A DNA stretch of 64,000 nt. Source: Octopus sinensis (lineage: Eukaryota). Location of the stretch: contig NC_043002.1 of assembly GCF_006345805.1 (NCBI RefSeq), positions 8,928,001 to 8,992,000 of the forward strand, in the 5' to 3' direction. The notes under the pieces were generated by a model that was not told the DNA's origin, ran no database searches, and saw only the letters and a program-made list of their open reading frames with translations. Each line of letters begins with the position of its first letter. The stretch's first letter is position 1. The position numbers and the translations under genes are program-made. This document shows, in pieces, positions 11,961 through 23,823 of this stretch.

Positions 11961-13170
11961 TTTAATACAAATAAATGAAAGAATGGAGTTGAACGACGAT
12001 TTAACAAAATTCTAGCTAGCAATAATATTAACAGCAATCATAACAATAAAAACTCCGTCTTAGTCTCGGAGGTAAACCCTAACAGATTAAAGTTCTTGTC
12101 CAGCAATTCTAAAATTAGAAATTCCATTTACCAGTGTAAAATTTCTTCCGGTACCGATGTCTTCTTCTACATTGGGGCAACTACTTCTAAATTAGCCCTG
12201 AGGATCTCCAATCATTATTCAACTTTCCGAGATAAGAGAAAACAACAAAGCACAGGACTAGGTAAATTAGTTTGGCGTCTTAAGGACAGCAATATAACTT
12301 TCAAGCTGGAATGGTCCATATTGTCTGTATCCTTTCCGTTTGATAAGGGCAGAAAATTTTGTGGCGTCTGTAATTCCGAACTTTTCCATATATTGTTCGC
12401 CAAATTCCCTTTAGTAAATACAATGGTTGAAAAATCCTATAGGTGCATGCACTGGCAGAAACATACCTTTCACTCATATGAATGATGATTAATATAAATA
12501 ACCTCCTTGAATTTTAATAATTTGGTTCCATTTATACATCACCCCATAGACAAATTTTTATACTCATAAAGGACTTCTACCAAATTCGTTGAGGTATGTT
12601 TTACCTTTGTCTCTCTACCTCGCCCTCCTCTCTCTCTCTCCCTCTCTCTATCGTAAGCACAATCAAACACACAGACACAAACCTGTCACTTCACCACTGT
12701 TTATTTTTGGCATCTACCCAACCACACACAAAATCACGCACACACATACACACACATAGACACGAATGCAGTTATATACATACACACACATAGGCACTCA
12801 ATCACAAAAGCAAACAACACATCACCATTCATATGACTTGCACTCTATCACCTTCCTATTCTTAGATCTCTCCCCTCCAACCTTGTTTGAATCCTTGAAC
12901 TTTCTAGAATCTTCTACATTCAACCATTTTTGACGTCACTGCTTATAACGGAATATTTTAAAGTAACACTCATTATCGCTATGGGCTCCGTGTGGGCAGT
13001 CATCTAAGAGTTTTTGTTCATCTTGATGCTGACATAAGTTCCTTGTTTTTCCTAATGAGAAGGCGGCATAATGCACCCCTTATTCCTTCGAAATTAGGAA
13101 TATGCAGCCTTCGAAACATATGTCGAGAATAAAGGAATTTTGTTAAATCGTCGTTCATCTCCATTCTTTC

Positions 13171-13176
<6 letters not shown>
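11961..13176 (+). mobile_element. 5'-truncated Penelope-like retroelement: GIY-YIG endonuclease end, 3' pLTR and inverted terminal piece
   Basis: ORF 12096-12485 (IYQC...FYIGAT...LRISNH...LVWRLK...WSIL...CGVC...CMH) is a PLE GIY-YIG domain; 11961-12012 is the reverse complement of the element's 3' end (about 13136-13176); ends at a (TA)n tract. Confidence 0.8.
13041..13135 (+). ncRNA. Degenerate type-I hammerhead ribozyme motif in the PLE pLTR
   Basis: CTAATGA (core CUGANGA with G>A) at 13052, long stem II GAAGGC...GCCTTC, GAAA at 13113, minimal stem III ACATATGT, GUC site ending 13124, imperfect stem I. Confidence 0.5.
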
Positions 13177-13229
<53 letters not shown>

Positions 13230-13253
13230 AAGTAAATAAATGGTACAACGAAG

Positions 13254-13346
<93 letters not shown>

Positions 13347-13395
13347 GTATGTATTTATGTATGTATGTATGTATGTATGTATGTATGTATATATA
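13175..13395. repeat. (TA)n and (TATG)n microsatellites
   Basis: Directly visible. Confidence 0.95.
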
Positions 13396-13539
13396 TGAGA
13401 TAATAGTTTCAGTATTAATAGCGAAAGTGTTAAAGTGAAAGTATCTGACATTACAATAGAGAGATGTTATTGTTTCACTTTTGATACGTTATACTGAAAC
13501 AGTGGAAGATATAAGAGATTGCTCTGGGCTCGCATTCAG

Positions 13540-13695
13540 CAAGAAGTTGAAAAGTGTTTTCGCCCATGACACTACGTAGACCCTAAGTAAGGCATGTGTA
13601 AAATTTGAATGAAATCGGTTGTTTAGTTTTCGAGTTTTAGGGATTCACACAGACAGACAGACACGCACACACATTCTCATCTTTATATATATAGA
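13540..13695 (-). mobile_element. 5' end of a Helitron-like non-autonomous element
   Basis: Minus strand starts A|TCTATATATATAAAGATGAGAATGTGTG followed by (GTCT)n, the same layout as 43621 and 25619. Confidence 0.5.
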
Positions 13696-14679
13696 TTATA
13701 TGTATTATATCCAGTGATTTTAAGAAGTATGAAAAAGATATTTTCAATCACTCTCATTTTTTCAGTCTGTCTAATTCCTTCTTCATTTGCTCTAATGCGG
13801 CAAACGGTACATTACGTTTGGGTTTGAAAACTGGTAATGAATTTTCTTTTACCTGAAATTTGGCTTTAAATTTATTGCACCGACCCAACTCGTCTGAAAA
13901 AACATTAGGGAACAACCTTTTTACTTCTTTTTAAAATTTTTCTGTCTCTGAGTTTGAATTGGCGCACGACCCCACTACATATTTTTACAAAATTTAAGGG
14001 TAAATCCCGTAAGTCGAACAGTTCCCTCCAGTCAGTTCCAAAAAGGTTGCTTGTATTTTTTAATACCTAAGCTTTTACTTTTATAGTCTTACCGCGTGTT
14101 ACTATCTGTGTCTAAATGTAATTTTACCTTTGTATTATTATTTTTACATACACATATTTCCTTTTGAGTCTCGTTTGTATTTCTTGTTACTGATAAACTA
14201 TTTACGTGATTTTTTGTGTTGAACTGTTTTCTGGGTTTTGTTTTACAGTGTAATTTTTAATGACCTGTCGTACCACATTTGACGCGTGGGTTAATTTTCT
14301 GCTTTTCAGAAACTTACTCCAAACTATCAGATATCGAATAAGTACACTTTACATGTTCGACATGCTGATCACGATTTTCACTTTTAATTAAGGTATCATC
14401 CAGGTAGGCCATCACGAAGTCACACTCTGCAAGCATCGCTGACTGGAATATAGCTGGGAGCGACTTTTATGCCAAACGGAAGCCGGTTAAGTGATGGTGA
14501 CGATGGTGACGAATGTTACCCTACCTCAGTTTATGAGAGACAAGAGTTTGCGTAGAAACTCTGATTGTAAAAGCGAAAATGAAGTTGGACCTTTAAGGGA
14601 AGGCCTCTCGCTCGGCAGTGGTTCAGTAAAGATGCAGACTGACCACAGCTGTTATCCTAATACAGCATCAGCAGATAAT

Positions 14680-15440
14680 AGAGTGAGGAAAAGGAAATGG
14701 ACCACCGAAGAAAACAGGATAGTGATTCAGTGCTACTTACAAAGTGAATATAAAAGAAGAGGTTATAGAAAACAGATGTTAACACTTTGGGTAGAGAAGG
14801 GTGTGTTTAAAGTGAATGAGCAGAGGCTGGTAGATCAAGCTAATGTTATTAGGAGAAGAAGGCGGCAAGCTGGCAGAAACGTTAGCACGCCGGGCGAAAT
14901 GCGTAGCCGCATTTCGTCTGCCGTTACGTTCTGAGTTCAAATTCCGCCGAGGTCGACTTTGCCTTTCATCCTTTCGGGGTCGATAAATTAAGTACCAGTT
15001 ACGCACTAGGGTCGATGTAATCGACTTAATCCGTTTGTCTGTCCTTGTTTGTCCCCTCTATGTTTAGCCCCTTGTGGGCAATAAAGAAACAGTTATTAGG
15101 AGAAGAAAGTGGATGACAGAATTGGAGGTTGAAGAGATCGCAAAGGAATTAGAAAAGAAAGACCAGGCAGTAGTAAAGACAAACAACAGCATAAGTGATA
15201 CAGTTCAAACCAAAGAAGAACCTAAAGGAAAAATAATAATGACACTACCAATAAGGTAGGGGAAAATGGCTCCAACGATTTAAGTGAGGATTTAAGTGAG
15301 GAAGGTCAAAAGATTGTAGATAAGTTGCAGGAAGTAAAGAGAAAAGAGGTAAGAAAAAGATTGCCAACATTGAAAGGTACCAACAGAATGAAGCTACTAG
15401 ATATGACTAGGAAAGTAGATTCTGTTATCAATAGGACAGA
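14680..15440 (+). pseudogene. N-terminal region of an R4/Dong-like non-LTR ORF, split by a SINE
   Basis: RKRKWTTEENRIVIQCY...RGYRKQMLTLW...EQRLVDQANVIRRR|KWMTELEVEEI; the frame rejoins after removing the SINE and one TSD copy. Clade assignment is from recalled motif similarity only. Confidence 0.55.
14861..15091 (+). mobile_element. tRNA-derived SINE (family A) with 16-bp TSD
   Basis: A box TGGCAGAAACGTTAG, B box GAGTTCAAATTCC, tail GCCCCTTGTGGG...AAGAAA; TSD GTTATTAGGAGAAGAA at 14845-14860 and 15092-15107. Confidence 0.92.
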
Positions 15441-15575
15441 TACTAAAAATATAGTAACAGCAATGAAACAACAGACACACGTTAATGAGCTTTAAAAATC
15501 GGAGGACTCTTTTAAGGCCATGATAAATAACTGCAGGTTCTCTGTTAGGACACCAGGGAGGATCTTAAAATAGTT

Positions 15576-16080
15576 ACAACATTAGTCAGCTGTATATGGC
15601 GATTAAAAGAGGAAGGATTGCCATATAAAATTAATTGGAAGTTGCTTGAGCCACCTCGGTCATATCACAAGGGAAGCAGACAGTGCAAATTTTGTTAGCC
15701 GAATTGGCAATGATCCTAAAATGTTTGCAGGACCCAGGCACCATCTTGACTTAAAAAAGTGAAATTTTTAGCCACTGTCGTCATGAGAGAAAATTCATTT
15801 TGGAAATGTGGTCTTACCCGTTTTCCAACAAGAGAACGGAAAAGACACCACTTCAGCCACAGCTGGACTCATACAATAGAAGGCAACTGTCCTTTCCCTC
15901 TCAGAAAGAGGGGGTTTATTTTGTTTCCGTTTTGCCACCACCAAACTGACCCAGACTGTATATTCACCTCTTTCAGGAAAGAAGCTACGTGTTTCCGGCC
16001 AGCATATCTGATGATTCGTCTATTTGTCCTGGACAAAAGTAGACGCGAAACCAATGGTGACTTTCTAACCACTCCTGATC
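15576..16080 (+). mobile_element. Second Penelope-like GIY-YIG C-terminal remnant with 3'UTR
   Basis: TTLVSCIWRLKEEG...INWKLL...CKFC/LAE...KSEIFSHCRHERKF, frameshifted and homologous to the 12096 ORF; hammerhead-like core CTGATGA...GAAA at 16008-16050. Confidence 0.7.
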
Positions 16081-16143
16081 AAGGATATACTACTCGAATT
16101 CATACATACACACAGATATATAGTTATGTATGTATGTATGTAG

Positions 16144-16449
16144 TGGAGGCGCAATGGCCTAGTGGTTAGGGCAGCAGACTTGCGGTCGCAGGATCGCAGT
16201 TTCGATTCCCAGACCGGGCGTTGTGTGTGTTTATTGAGCGAAAACACCTAAAAGCTCCACGAGGCTCCGGCAGGGGGTGGTGATCCCTGCTGTACTCTTT
16301 CACAACTCTTTCTCCCACTCTTTCTTCTGTTGGCCTGCTCGCTTAGCCAGCGGGGTGGCGTCATTCGAAGCCTAAAACAATGCGAACGCATTGTGACCAG
16401 CGATGTGTAACAACATCTGATGGTCTGGTCGGTCACGTGATCACGTGAT
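16144..16449 (+). mobile_element. tRNA-derived SINE (family C)
   Basis: A box TGGCCTAGTGG, B box GTTTCGATTCCC, tail CACGTGATCACGTGA; homologous to 47220-47510. Confidence 0.88.
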
Positions 16450-17109
16450 ATATATATATATATATCAGTTGAATAAAGTTAAAACATGGTCTGATTTTCG
16501 AGTTTTTTTTAATATGGTATTTAACATTTTAAAACTATTTTGCAGTGCCCATAAAGTTAAATTAGCGCTTTCATACATACCTCTATAATTTATACACGAG
16601 ATTTTCAGGATAAAAATTGTTAAAAAAAGTTTCTACTTATGTAAAATTCGCACTCAAAAGTTTTCAGCATTGCCGATATGGCCAGAAGGAAACGGTTTTC
16701 AATTTAGTTGTATGTAGCATAATTTCACTTACTTATGATTAGATTTTATTAAATAAAAATAATTTGTTTAACAGGTATCACATTGAAAGTTATTTAATTA
16801 CAAAGTGTTTGTGCTGTTTATAATAAACTGTATTTTACATTTCTTGTTCACAACAGATTTTGTCTGATCTTTAGCATACTTCTGTATGTCTTCTCAAATT
16901 ACGATCACAGAAAAAGTTAAGATAAGAATTATCAACAAAAACAAAGCCGATAAATATGCACCGTTGTTGCAAATTAAGTTTAATTACCAATAAACATCAA
17001 ATTGGATGACACTTTACTCAACCTAGTAAAATATGTAAAATATGGCCCGGACCGTGATTGTCAGCATGAACGTCAGACTTCAAAAAGTAGTCAACCATTT
17101 AATGGTTTT

Positions 17110-17575
17110 GGCGATGTTTCGCTTGTCGTAGCACACGTTTCCGTCGATTTCCTCCGTCGATTGTCGATTTCTTCCGTCGATTTCCGTAAAAAATGTAAAC
17201 ACTGAATCGGCCATACATACATACATATATACACACATACACACACACACATACATACACACACACACATACATGCAGACATACATATACACATACACCG
17301 AGTAAAAAATTCAGTTATCTCTCTCTTTCACACATTACTATCTCTGTCTCTTCGCACACACTAACAGAAGCACTTCACTTACACAACATACTGTCTGTCT
17401 CCCACACCCCATCAAACACACACACGGGGACTTCAAAGAGAAATTTCCTCGTCATAAAATCGCGTCCTCTTAGTCTCTTTCGCTCTCATTACTTATGTAA
17501 AAAAATAAAAGTTTTTTACGGAAATCGACGGAGGAAATCGACGGAAACGTGTGCTACGACAACCGAAACATTGCC
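17110..17575. mobile_element. MITE with ~65-80-bp TIRs containing TTCCGTCGATT subterminal repeats
   Basis: 17110-17192 is inverted relative to 17511-17575; termini GGCGA/GGCAA; flanks ATGGTTTT and TTTGTTTT (6/8) may be a decayed 8-bp TSD. Confidence 0.8.
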
Positions 17576-17624
17576 TTTGTTTTTATTTTTGCGAAAGAAA
17601 TGCGTAAATAGCATGGGATTTTAC

Positions 17625-17685
<61 letters not shown>

Positions 17686-18272
17686 CAAAATATGTGCTAA
17701 AGTAAAAACTGCAGTATGTATTCAGTGGTGCTTAAATCTAATACAAGGTTTTGCAATGTGGCCATCATATACAACTGGCGATGAACTTCTGAAGTATATC
17801 TTGGGATCAGGAGTGTCTCATCTACCTCTAGTTCCTCATTTAGAATTTGTGTCTTCACTTTACCATATCTGGAGGTAATCTGAAAAATATGAAAAAAATA
17901 TTGTAACTGTGGAGTTAATTTGTTTTATCAACATTATACTCACATGCATCTAAATAAATAACACCTTAACTTTATACATGTACCCAGTGATATAGATAAA
18001 AGTTCTTTGTGCAAAAGGCGAGATCCGAAAGTGTACTAAGGCGATAATAGAATCACATACAAAATTTTCGCACACTTGTCTATCGTTTTCATAATGTAAA
18101 AGAGCCTATTACAATGAGGAGTGTGGGGAAAAGGAACCACTGTTAGAGGATGCTGCTTAGCAGAGATCTTCCTGATACCTGAGTAGGAGAGGACATTATC
18201 GATGGACCAATTTCGTTCGATATCATTCCTCTGTAAAGGGTAAGGTGTCTGTCTATAAAGTGTTTTGGGGAA

Positions 18273-18687
18273 GGCGACGATCTGGCAGACACGTTAGCAC
18301 GCCGGGTGAAATGCGTAGCCGAATTTCGTTTGCCGCTACGTTCTGAGTTCAAATTCCGCCGAGGTCGACTTTGCCTTTCATCCTTTCGGGGTCGATTAAA
18401 TAAGTACCAGTTACGCACTGGGGTCGATATAATCGACTTAATCTGTGTGTCTGTCCTTGTTAGTCCCCTCTTCGTTTAGCCCCTAGTGAGTAGTAAAGAA
18501 ATAGGTATTTCGTCTGCCGTTACGTTCTGAGTTCAAATTCCGCCGAGGTCGACTTTGCCTTTCATCCTTTCGGGGTCGATAAATAAAGTACCAGTTTCGC
18601 ACTGGGGTCGATATAATCGACTTAATCTGTGTGTCTGTCCTTGTTTGTCCCCTCTTCGTTTAGCCCCTTGTGGGCAATAAAGAAATA
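18273..18687 (+). mobile_element. Dimeric SINE A (full monomer plus 5'-truncated second unit) with one 17-bp TSD
   Basis: Second unit starts at GTATTTCGTCTGCC (~18506); TSD TATAAAGTGTTTTGGGG at 18254-18270 and 18688-18704. Confidence 0.9.
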
Positions 18688-19445
18688 TATAAAGTGTTTT
18701 GGGGGTAGAAAGATCACTCTGAAAATGAAAGTGACTATAGGTGAATACAATGGCGAAACAAAAACGGACACGGGATGTATGAATATTCCAATAGAGAAAT
18801 AAAGGAAGAGAGAGATACTGGAATCAAAGAAATCAAACGGAAAAAGAGGAGAGCCTGGCTAAAGCAGTTTGATTGAGAAGCCAATACTTATGAGAGACAC
18901 GAGAAACAGCAAAAGTAAAGTAAGCATGATGTAGAACATGGAACCAACTGTGTCACAATTTTATCCAGAGAGACGTGAGAACGATGTGGTTTCATCCCGC
19001 ACCAATATTTGACCGTCGGGTTGGAGTGGCACTTGTGGATTGTTTTTATCTCTCCTTTCACTGGGTTTTGTCAACGGATGCCTTTATTTCGCGCCACTGG
19101 CCAAAGCCAACCAATCACGGCCTTTGGTTAAGGTCCCATTTCCTAGGCTCTGTTGAGCTACCTTACTTGTATAATTCCTGTTTAGTTGTACTCGCTTCTC
19201 CCGTTGTTTCTTTCCTTATCTCTAATTTCCCCTTAGCTACTGGACTCTGTTCTCTGTAGATATTTATATTTGTACGTGCATGTACGTGGATGTGTGGGCG
19301 TGTATGTGGCCGTGCTTGCGCGTCTGCGCGTGCGTGGATGTGTATGGATGATTGCGTATTGGAATTGTTCATAATTACATGTATTTATTTGTATGGATTC
19401 CCTTGTATCCCAATGTCATTTTAATCCTACCATATATATATGTGT

Positions 19446-19482
<37 letters not shown>

Positions 19483-20096
19483 TAAAAAAATATGCAAACT
19501 GGGACAAGAACGTGAAACATTTAGAAGACGACACAAAAAACACGGACGGGACATTCGAAGCCTTCAATCTTCAGTCAAGAACCGGATCATCTTCGCAATT
19601 TTGGCTGATTAATCTTGAGATTGCTCCGACCTGGGCAGCCCCAAAGGAAAATCTAAGTCAAGCGCATTAGATTCCTTGGAAGAAAGCCTCGAATGTATAC
19701 AAAACAAGGACGGAAAACGGACGATGTTACACGAATAAGAATACAAAAATACGTAAAAACAATAATGATAATAATAACAACAAAACCAGGACGTCAAGGA
19801 CAAGCGTCTTTTCGTCAGAACGAGTAAAGTTTTGAGCTGGCGTTAGAAGAGTGCCTTAAGGCCACAGAGAGACAAACAAGTGTGTCTTGATATATATATA
19901 TATATATATATATATAGTCAAAAAAAGCAACAAGGATATCCAAAGATATCCTGCATTACCTCTGGATATCCTTGTTGCTTATTTTGATTTTAATCACCTT
20001 ATTTTGAAATTGTATGGATAATACCGTACTAAATTCTGGTACTTCAACTTAAGTACCATATTCATCTGAATCTAATGTTTTGCTGAGCTCATCTAC

Positions 20097-20128
<32 letters not shown>

Positions 20129-20506
20129 ATATATATACATTCAAACATATAAGGGATGGCTATAATAGAACATCCGACTCACTAGAAAGAGCAGTTAAAC
20201 TCCAAACCACTAATAGTTGTAATTCTGAAATGGAAAGAGAAATAAAAACGTTTACCCTTTCCTTTCTGGACTATGCATAGTTTCGGCAATCTTTTGTAAA
20301 TAAATAAAATAAAATAAAATTTATTTACCACTGGCGTTGCCTCGTCAACAGAAAAGCCAAGGACTACCATATATTCACGAGGCGATAACGGGCATGCCTC
20401 GAGTCTATATGCTATAGATTTTCAAAATCCACCGCATTCGCGCGGTTTACTCAGCAGTAAATATAAACTGCCGATTTAATTTCAAAATTAGCCAAAACAT
20501 CATTAA

Positions 20507-20569
<63 letters not shown>

Positions 20570-20596
20570 ATAGATATAGATATATAGATATATATG

Positions 20597-20637
<41 letters not shown>

Positions 20638-20891
20638 GAACAGCCGAAATTTGCTATGATGATTCGGTGTCTGACTGAAGATTGAAGGCTTCGAATGATT
20701 TGTCTGTGTTCCGTGTTCGTCCCTTCCTGTATTTCACGTTCATTATATATAAAAACATTCATTTTTATATATATATATATATACATATATACATATATAT
20801 ACATACACACACACACACATATATATATTTATTCCTACCTATACCGACATGCGTGCAGGTGAGCGCGAATCGATGTGTATGGTTGTATAAA

Positions 20892-21120
20892 GGCGGCGAG
20901 CTGGCAGAAACGTTAGCACGCCGAGCGAAATGCGTAGCTGTATTTCGTCTGCCGTTACGTTCTGAGTTCAAATTCCGCCGAGGTCGACTTTGCTTTTCAT
21001 CCTTTCGGGGTCGATAAATTAAGCACCAGTCACGCACTGGGGTCGATGTAATCGACTTAATCCGTTTGTCTGTCCTTGTTTGTCTCCTCTGTGTGTAGCC
21101 CCTTGTGGGTAATAAAGAAA
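20892..21120 (+). mobile_element. SINE family A with 17-bp TSD
   Basis: TSD GATGTGTATGGTTGTAT at 20872-20888 and 21123-21139. Confidence 0.92.
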
Positions 21121-21383
21121 CGGATGTGTATGGTTGTATTTCTATAGATTTCCATGCATCCTGCTGTCATTCAACCCCTACACTTTATGTATGCCTAACC
21201 ATGCCTGCACTCACATACCCACCCACAAACACGTGCAGGTACACACACACACATACGTATCTACCCAGTTAAACAGTCGATTGATTAACCAATACACTGA
21301 ACAAACGATCGATTTATTTGTTGCTTACATATTTAGCCGAGTGAATTAAAAGTAAAGAAGTGTTATTGAACCAGTGCATGTGT

Positions 21384-21692
21384 TTATTCTTGTCGGCGTA
21401 ATGACCCTCCAAAAACCCAAGATATATGTATATGTGTGTGTATACATACATACACACACGCACACACACACACACGCAAACACACACGCACACACACACA
21501 TATACATGTATGTATGCGTGCGTGCATACTACGCATAATGATCTTAATTAAAACGCACCACTTTCTATAGAAAGCACGTAATAAATGTGAAAATATAAGA
21601 ACAAAATAATTAGCGCGAATCAAACAACGGTTCCTCGTTGCGATCACTTGGCGGTCTAGTAACCAATCAACCTTCAAACTTAAATCTACCAT
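21384..21692 (-). CDS. Unrecognised glycoprotein gene, coding exon 5 (3' end uncertain)
   Basis: Acceptor CCTTCCTTTTTAG|ATG, phase 0 after exon 4; reads MVDLSLKVDWLLDRQVIATRNRCLIRANYFVLIFSHLLRAFY then runs into a (GT)n tract before the first stop, so the true end is doubtful. Confidence 0.5.
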   Translation of the reverse strand: MVDLSLKVDWLLDRQVIATRNRCLIRANYFVLIFSHLLRAFYRKWCVLIKIIMRSMHARIHTCICVCVRVCLRVCVCACVYVCIHTHIHISWVFGGSLRRQE

Positions 21693-21801
21693 CTAAAAAG
21701 GAAGGACACGTACAATATAGTCGTTGACAGCCCTAAAAAGAGTTGAGTACATTTGGTCATATTTTTGTATGTTCATTGATTACAATAACAACAATACTCA
21801 C

Positions 21802-22032
21802 CTGTACCGACAGTTGATTAACCAGCTCAGTCAAGCAATCACTGGCCTTTCTTAGGGAGCAAAAGTGCCTACCATCTGATGGTGTAGTTTCATTAGAACA
21901 CGCCTCTGGATAAGAACAATGTTTTTCAAAGCACAAAGCATCAGCACACAGAACTTCATATTCTCTTTGCTTATAATTCTTGAGCAGTATAGAATATGTT
22001 CTGAATGGTTTATACATTGACATCACAGCCGC
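21802..22032 (-). CDS. Unrecognised glycoprotein gene, coding exon 4
   Basis: TTAATTGCAG| ... CAG|GTGAGT, 231 bp, phase 0/0, AAVMSMYKPF...CADALCFEKHC...HFCSLRKASDCLTELVNQLSVQ. Confidence 0.8.
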
Positions 22033-22157
22033 CTGCAATTAAGATTTGTCATATATATTTCACAAAATGTGAACCTTTTATATAATACATCATCAATTCT
22101 ATGTAAAAGTATAAGAAACATTTTATGACAGACAAAAAATGTTTTATATTTACTAAC

Positions 22158-22289
22158 CTGGAATGTGAACGTTTTAGTTATATTATCTGCATAAAAGATC
22201 AATTCCGGAAATGCTGAGTTCCATTTATTTGACATGGTTTTATTAAATTGACGGCAGTTTATAGTGGGCAACAATACATTGTTTTTACA
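22158..22289 (-). CDS. Unrecognised glycoprotein gene, coding exon 3
   Basis: TTTTTGCACAG| ... CAG|GTTAGT, 132 bp, phase 0/0, CKNNVLLPTINCRQFNKT...TFTFQ. Confidence 0.8.
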
Positions 22290-22379
22290 CTGTGCAAAAA
22301 CATAAGAAACATTTACTAAGAGATTTTGTGATTTTCATATGATGACTTTATGTATAAAAGAGAGGTTGTATGCTGTATG

Positions 22380-22836
22380 TCTCCTACGATTTAGATTCCT
22401 AACTACTCCCACATTTTGCGGTGCAGTTTAACCAAAACCGGGTATCTTATAGTCGTGATTCATATCGAGCCCTTCTGGGTATTAGCGCGCGTCTACGATG
22501 AGTCTACGATTTAAAAAAAAAATTACCATCACTTTTTTCCATTTTAATGCATTTTTTTTGCAATTATATAAGGGAAGTAACTCTCTAAAAATGTCTACGA
22601 TGAGTCAACGATTTAAAAAAAAATTTACCATCATTTTTTTCCATTTTTTCGCTATTATATAAGGGAAGTAACTCTCTAAAAATGTCTACGGTGAGTCAAC
22701 GATTTAAAAAAAAATTTACCATAATTTTTTTTCCATTTTTAATGCATTTTTTTGCTATTTTTGGCTATAACTCTCTAAAAATGCTTATATAGTTATTTCC
22801 CTTACAAACCCGAGCAACGCCGGGCGATACTGCTAG
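22380..22836 (+). mobile_element. Non-autonomous Helitron-like element with internal ~95-bp tandem repeats (intronic)
   Basis: 3' hairpin CCCGAGCAACGCCGGG plus CTAG|T identical to 43951-43979; three repeat units over about 22490-22790; 5' end approximate. Confidence 0.7.
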
Positions 22837-22893
22837 TTGATTATATAATAAGAAACTAAAAATGAAGGAATAAAGAATTTAGTGATTACTCAC

Positions 22894-23054
22894 AAGATAG
22901 TTCAATGTCTCGTTTGCAGCTTTTCCGGCCTCTTGTGTAAGACACAGAGCCAAGTTGATGCGAGTCCGTTCATTAATTGATGAAGTGGATATAGGTGAAA
23001 CGTTAATCAATGCAATCCATATCGCTAAACATAAGGCTAATATAAATTGACAAT
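22894..23054 (-). CDS. Unrecognised glycoprotein gene, coding exon 2 (signal peptide)
   Basis: TTTCTTATTTTAG| ... CTT|GTGAGT, 161 bp, phase 1/0, CQFILALCLAIWIALINVSP...NETLNYL. Confidence 0.8.
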
Positions 23055-23180
23055 CTAAAATAAGAAACACATAGCTAAGAAATATCAATATAGATATGTA
23101 AAGTACGAAATCCTAATGTCTGAACAACATCTGATAAATATTTCAAGATCAACAGATTACGTGTGATTTACTTCTTATAT

Positions 23181-23606
23181 GGGATCTTTTCGGTTTGAAC
23201 GGCAGTTTTTTAAAATAATTTTCACGTACCTAAAAACTTTCAAACTTCGTATACTGGTAGAATGTGTTTTTATAAAACATCTTTTTATCTTGGCTTTATT
23301 GAGAAAATTCTATAGTTTGTAAGATATTTGTTGTTTTTTTCTTCAATTTCTGCAATTTCAACCAATCAATGACGTCTATTGGGGTGAAAACATTCTGTGC
23401 CGTATGAATATGTCCCTCGTTTAAGAAACAGATTGGGTTTAGTTACATTTCTGAAGAAAAAGAGATATCCTTCCCCCACCCCTAACCTTAACCCTAACCC
23501 TAACCCTAAAATAGATTAAAATGCAATAGATCGATACTATAATTATATGGGTGACAATTTCATATGACACCGCTAGAAAAACTGCCGTTCAAACCGAAAA
23601 GATCCC
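23181..23606. mobile_element. 426-bp MITE with perfect 30-bp TIRs (intronic)
   Basis: GGGATCTTTTCGGTTTGAACGGCAGTTTTT at 23181-23210 and its exact reverse complement at 23577-23606; no clear TSD. Confidence 0.92.
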
Positions 23607-23813
23607 TTATTTGTTGTGTACTTTTGAGAAATAATGAGCTTTTTGCTCACAGGTGACTTATCCTAAATATTACTAATTTATTGTTTAATACTGTATTTAT
23701 ATCATACTTAATTGGTAACACGCAGGCACACACACACACAGACACACACACGCACCCGCTCGCACACACACACATTGGTATGATAAACAAATGTAATTGA
23801 ATATGATACTTAC

Positions 23814-23823
23814 AAACGCCCAT
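23814..23823 (-). CDS. Unrecognised glycoprotein gene, coding exon 1 (ATG GGC GTT T)
   Basis: ATGGGCGTTT|GTAAGT donor; phase 1 matches exon 2 and gives MGVYCQF; acceptor at 23839 implies an upstream non-coding exon. Confidence 0.7.

Noticed and set aside
16144-16220. tRNA gene calls for SINE heads (also 4377, 14861, 24865, 47510, 63597)
   Set aside because: A/B boxes are present but there is no complete cloverleaf, and each continues into a SINE body.
19540-20710. CTGAAGATTGAAGGCTTCGAA motif in two short repeats (about 19555 minus, 20674 plus), plus CTGAGGA at about 34290, as hammerheads
   Set aside because: Stem II and the GAAA/NUH elements cannot be completed; at most decayed relics.
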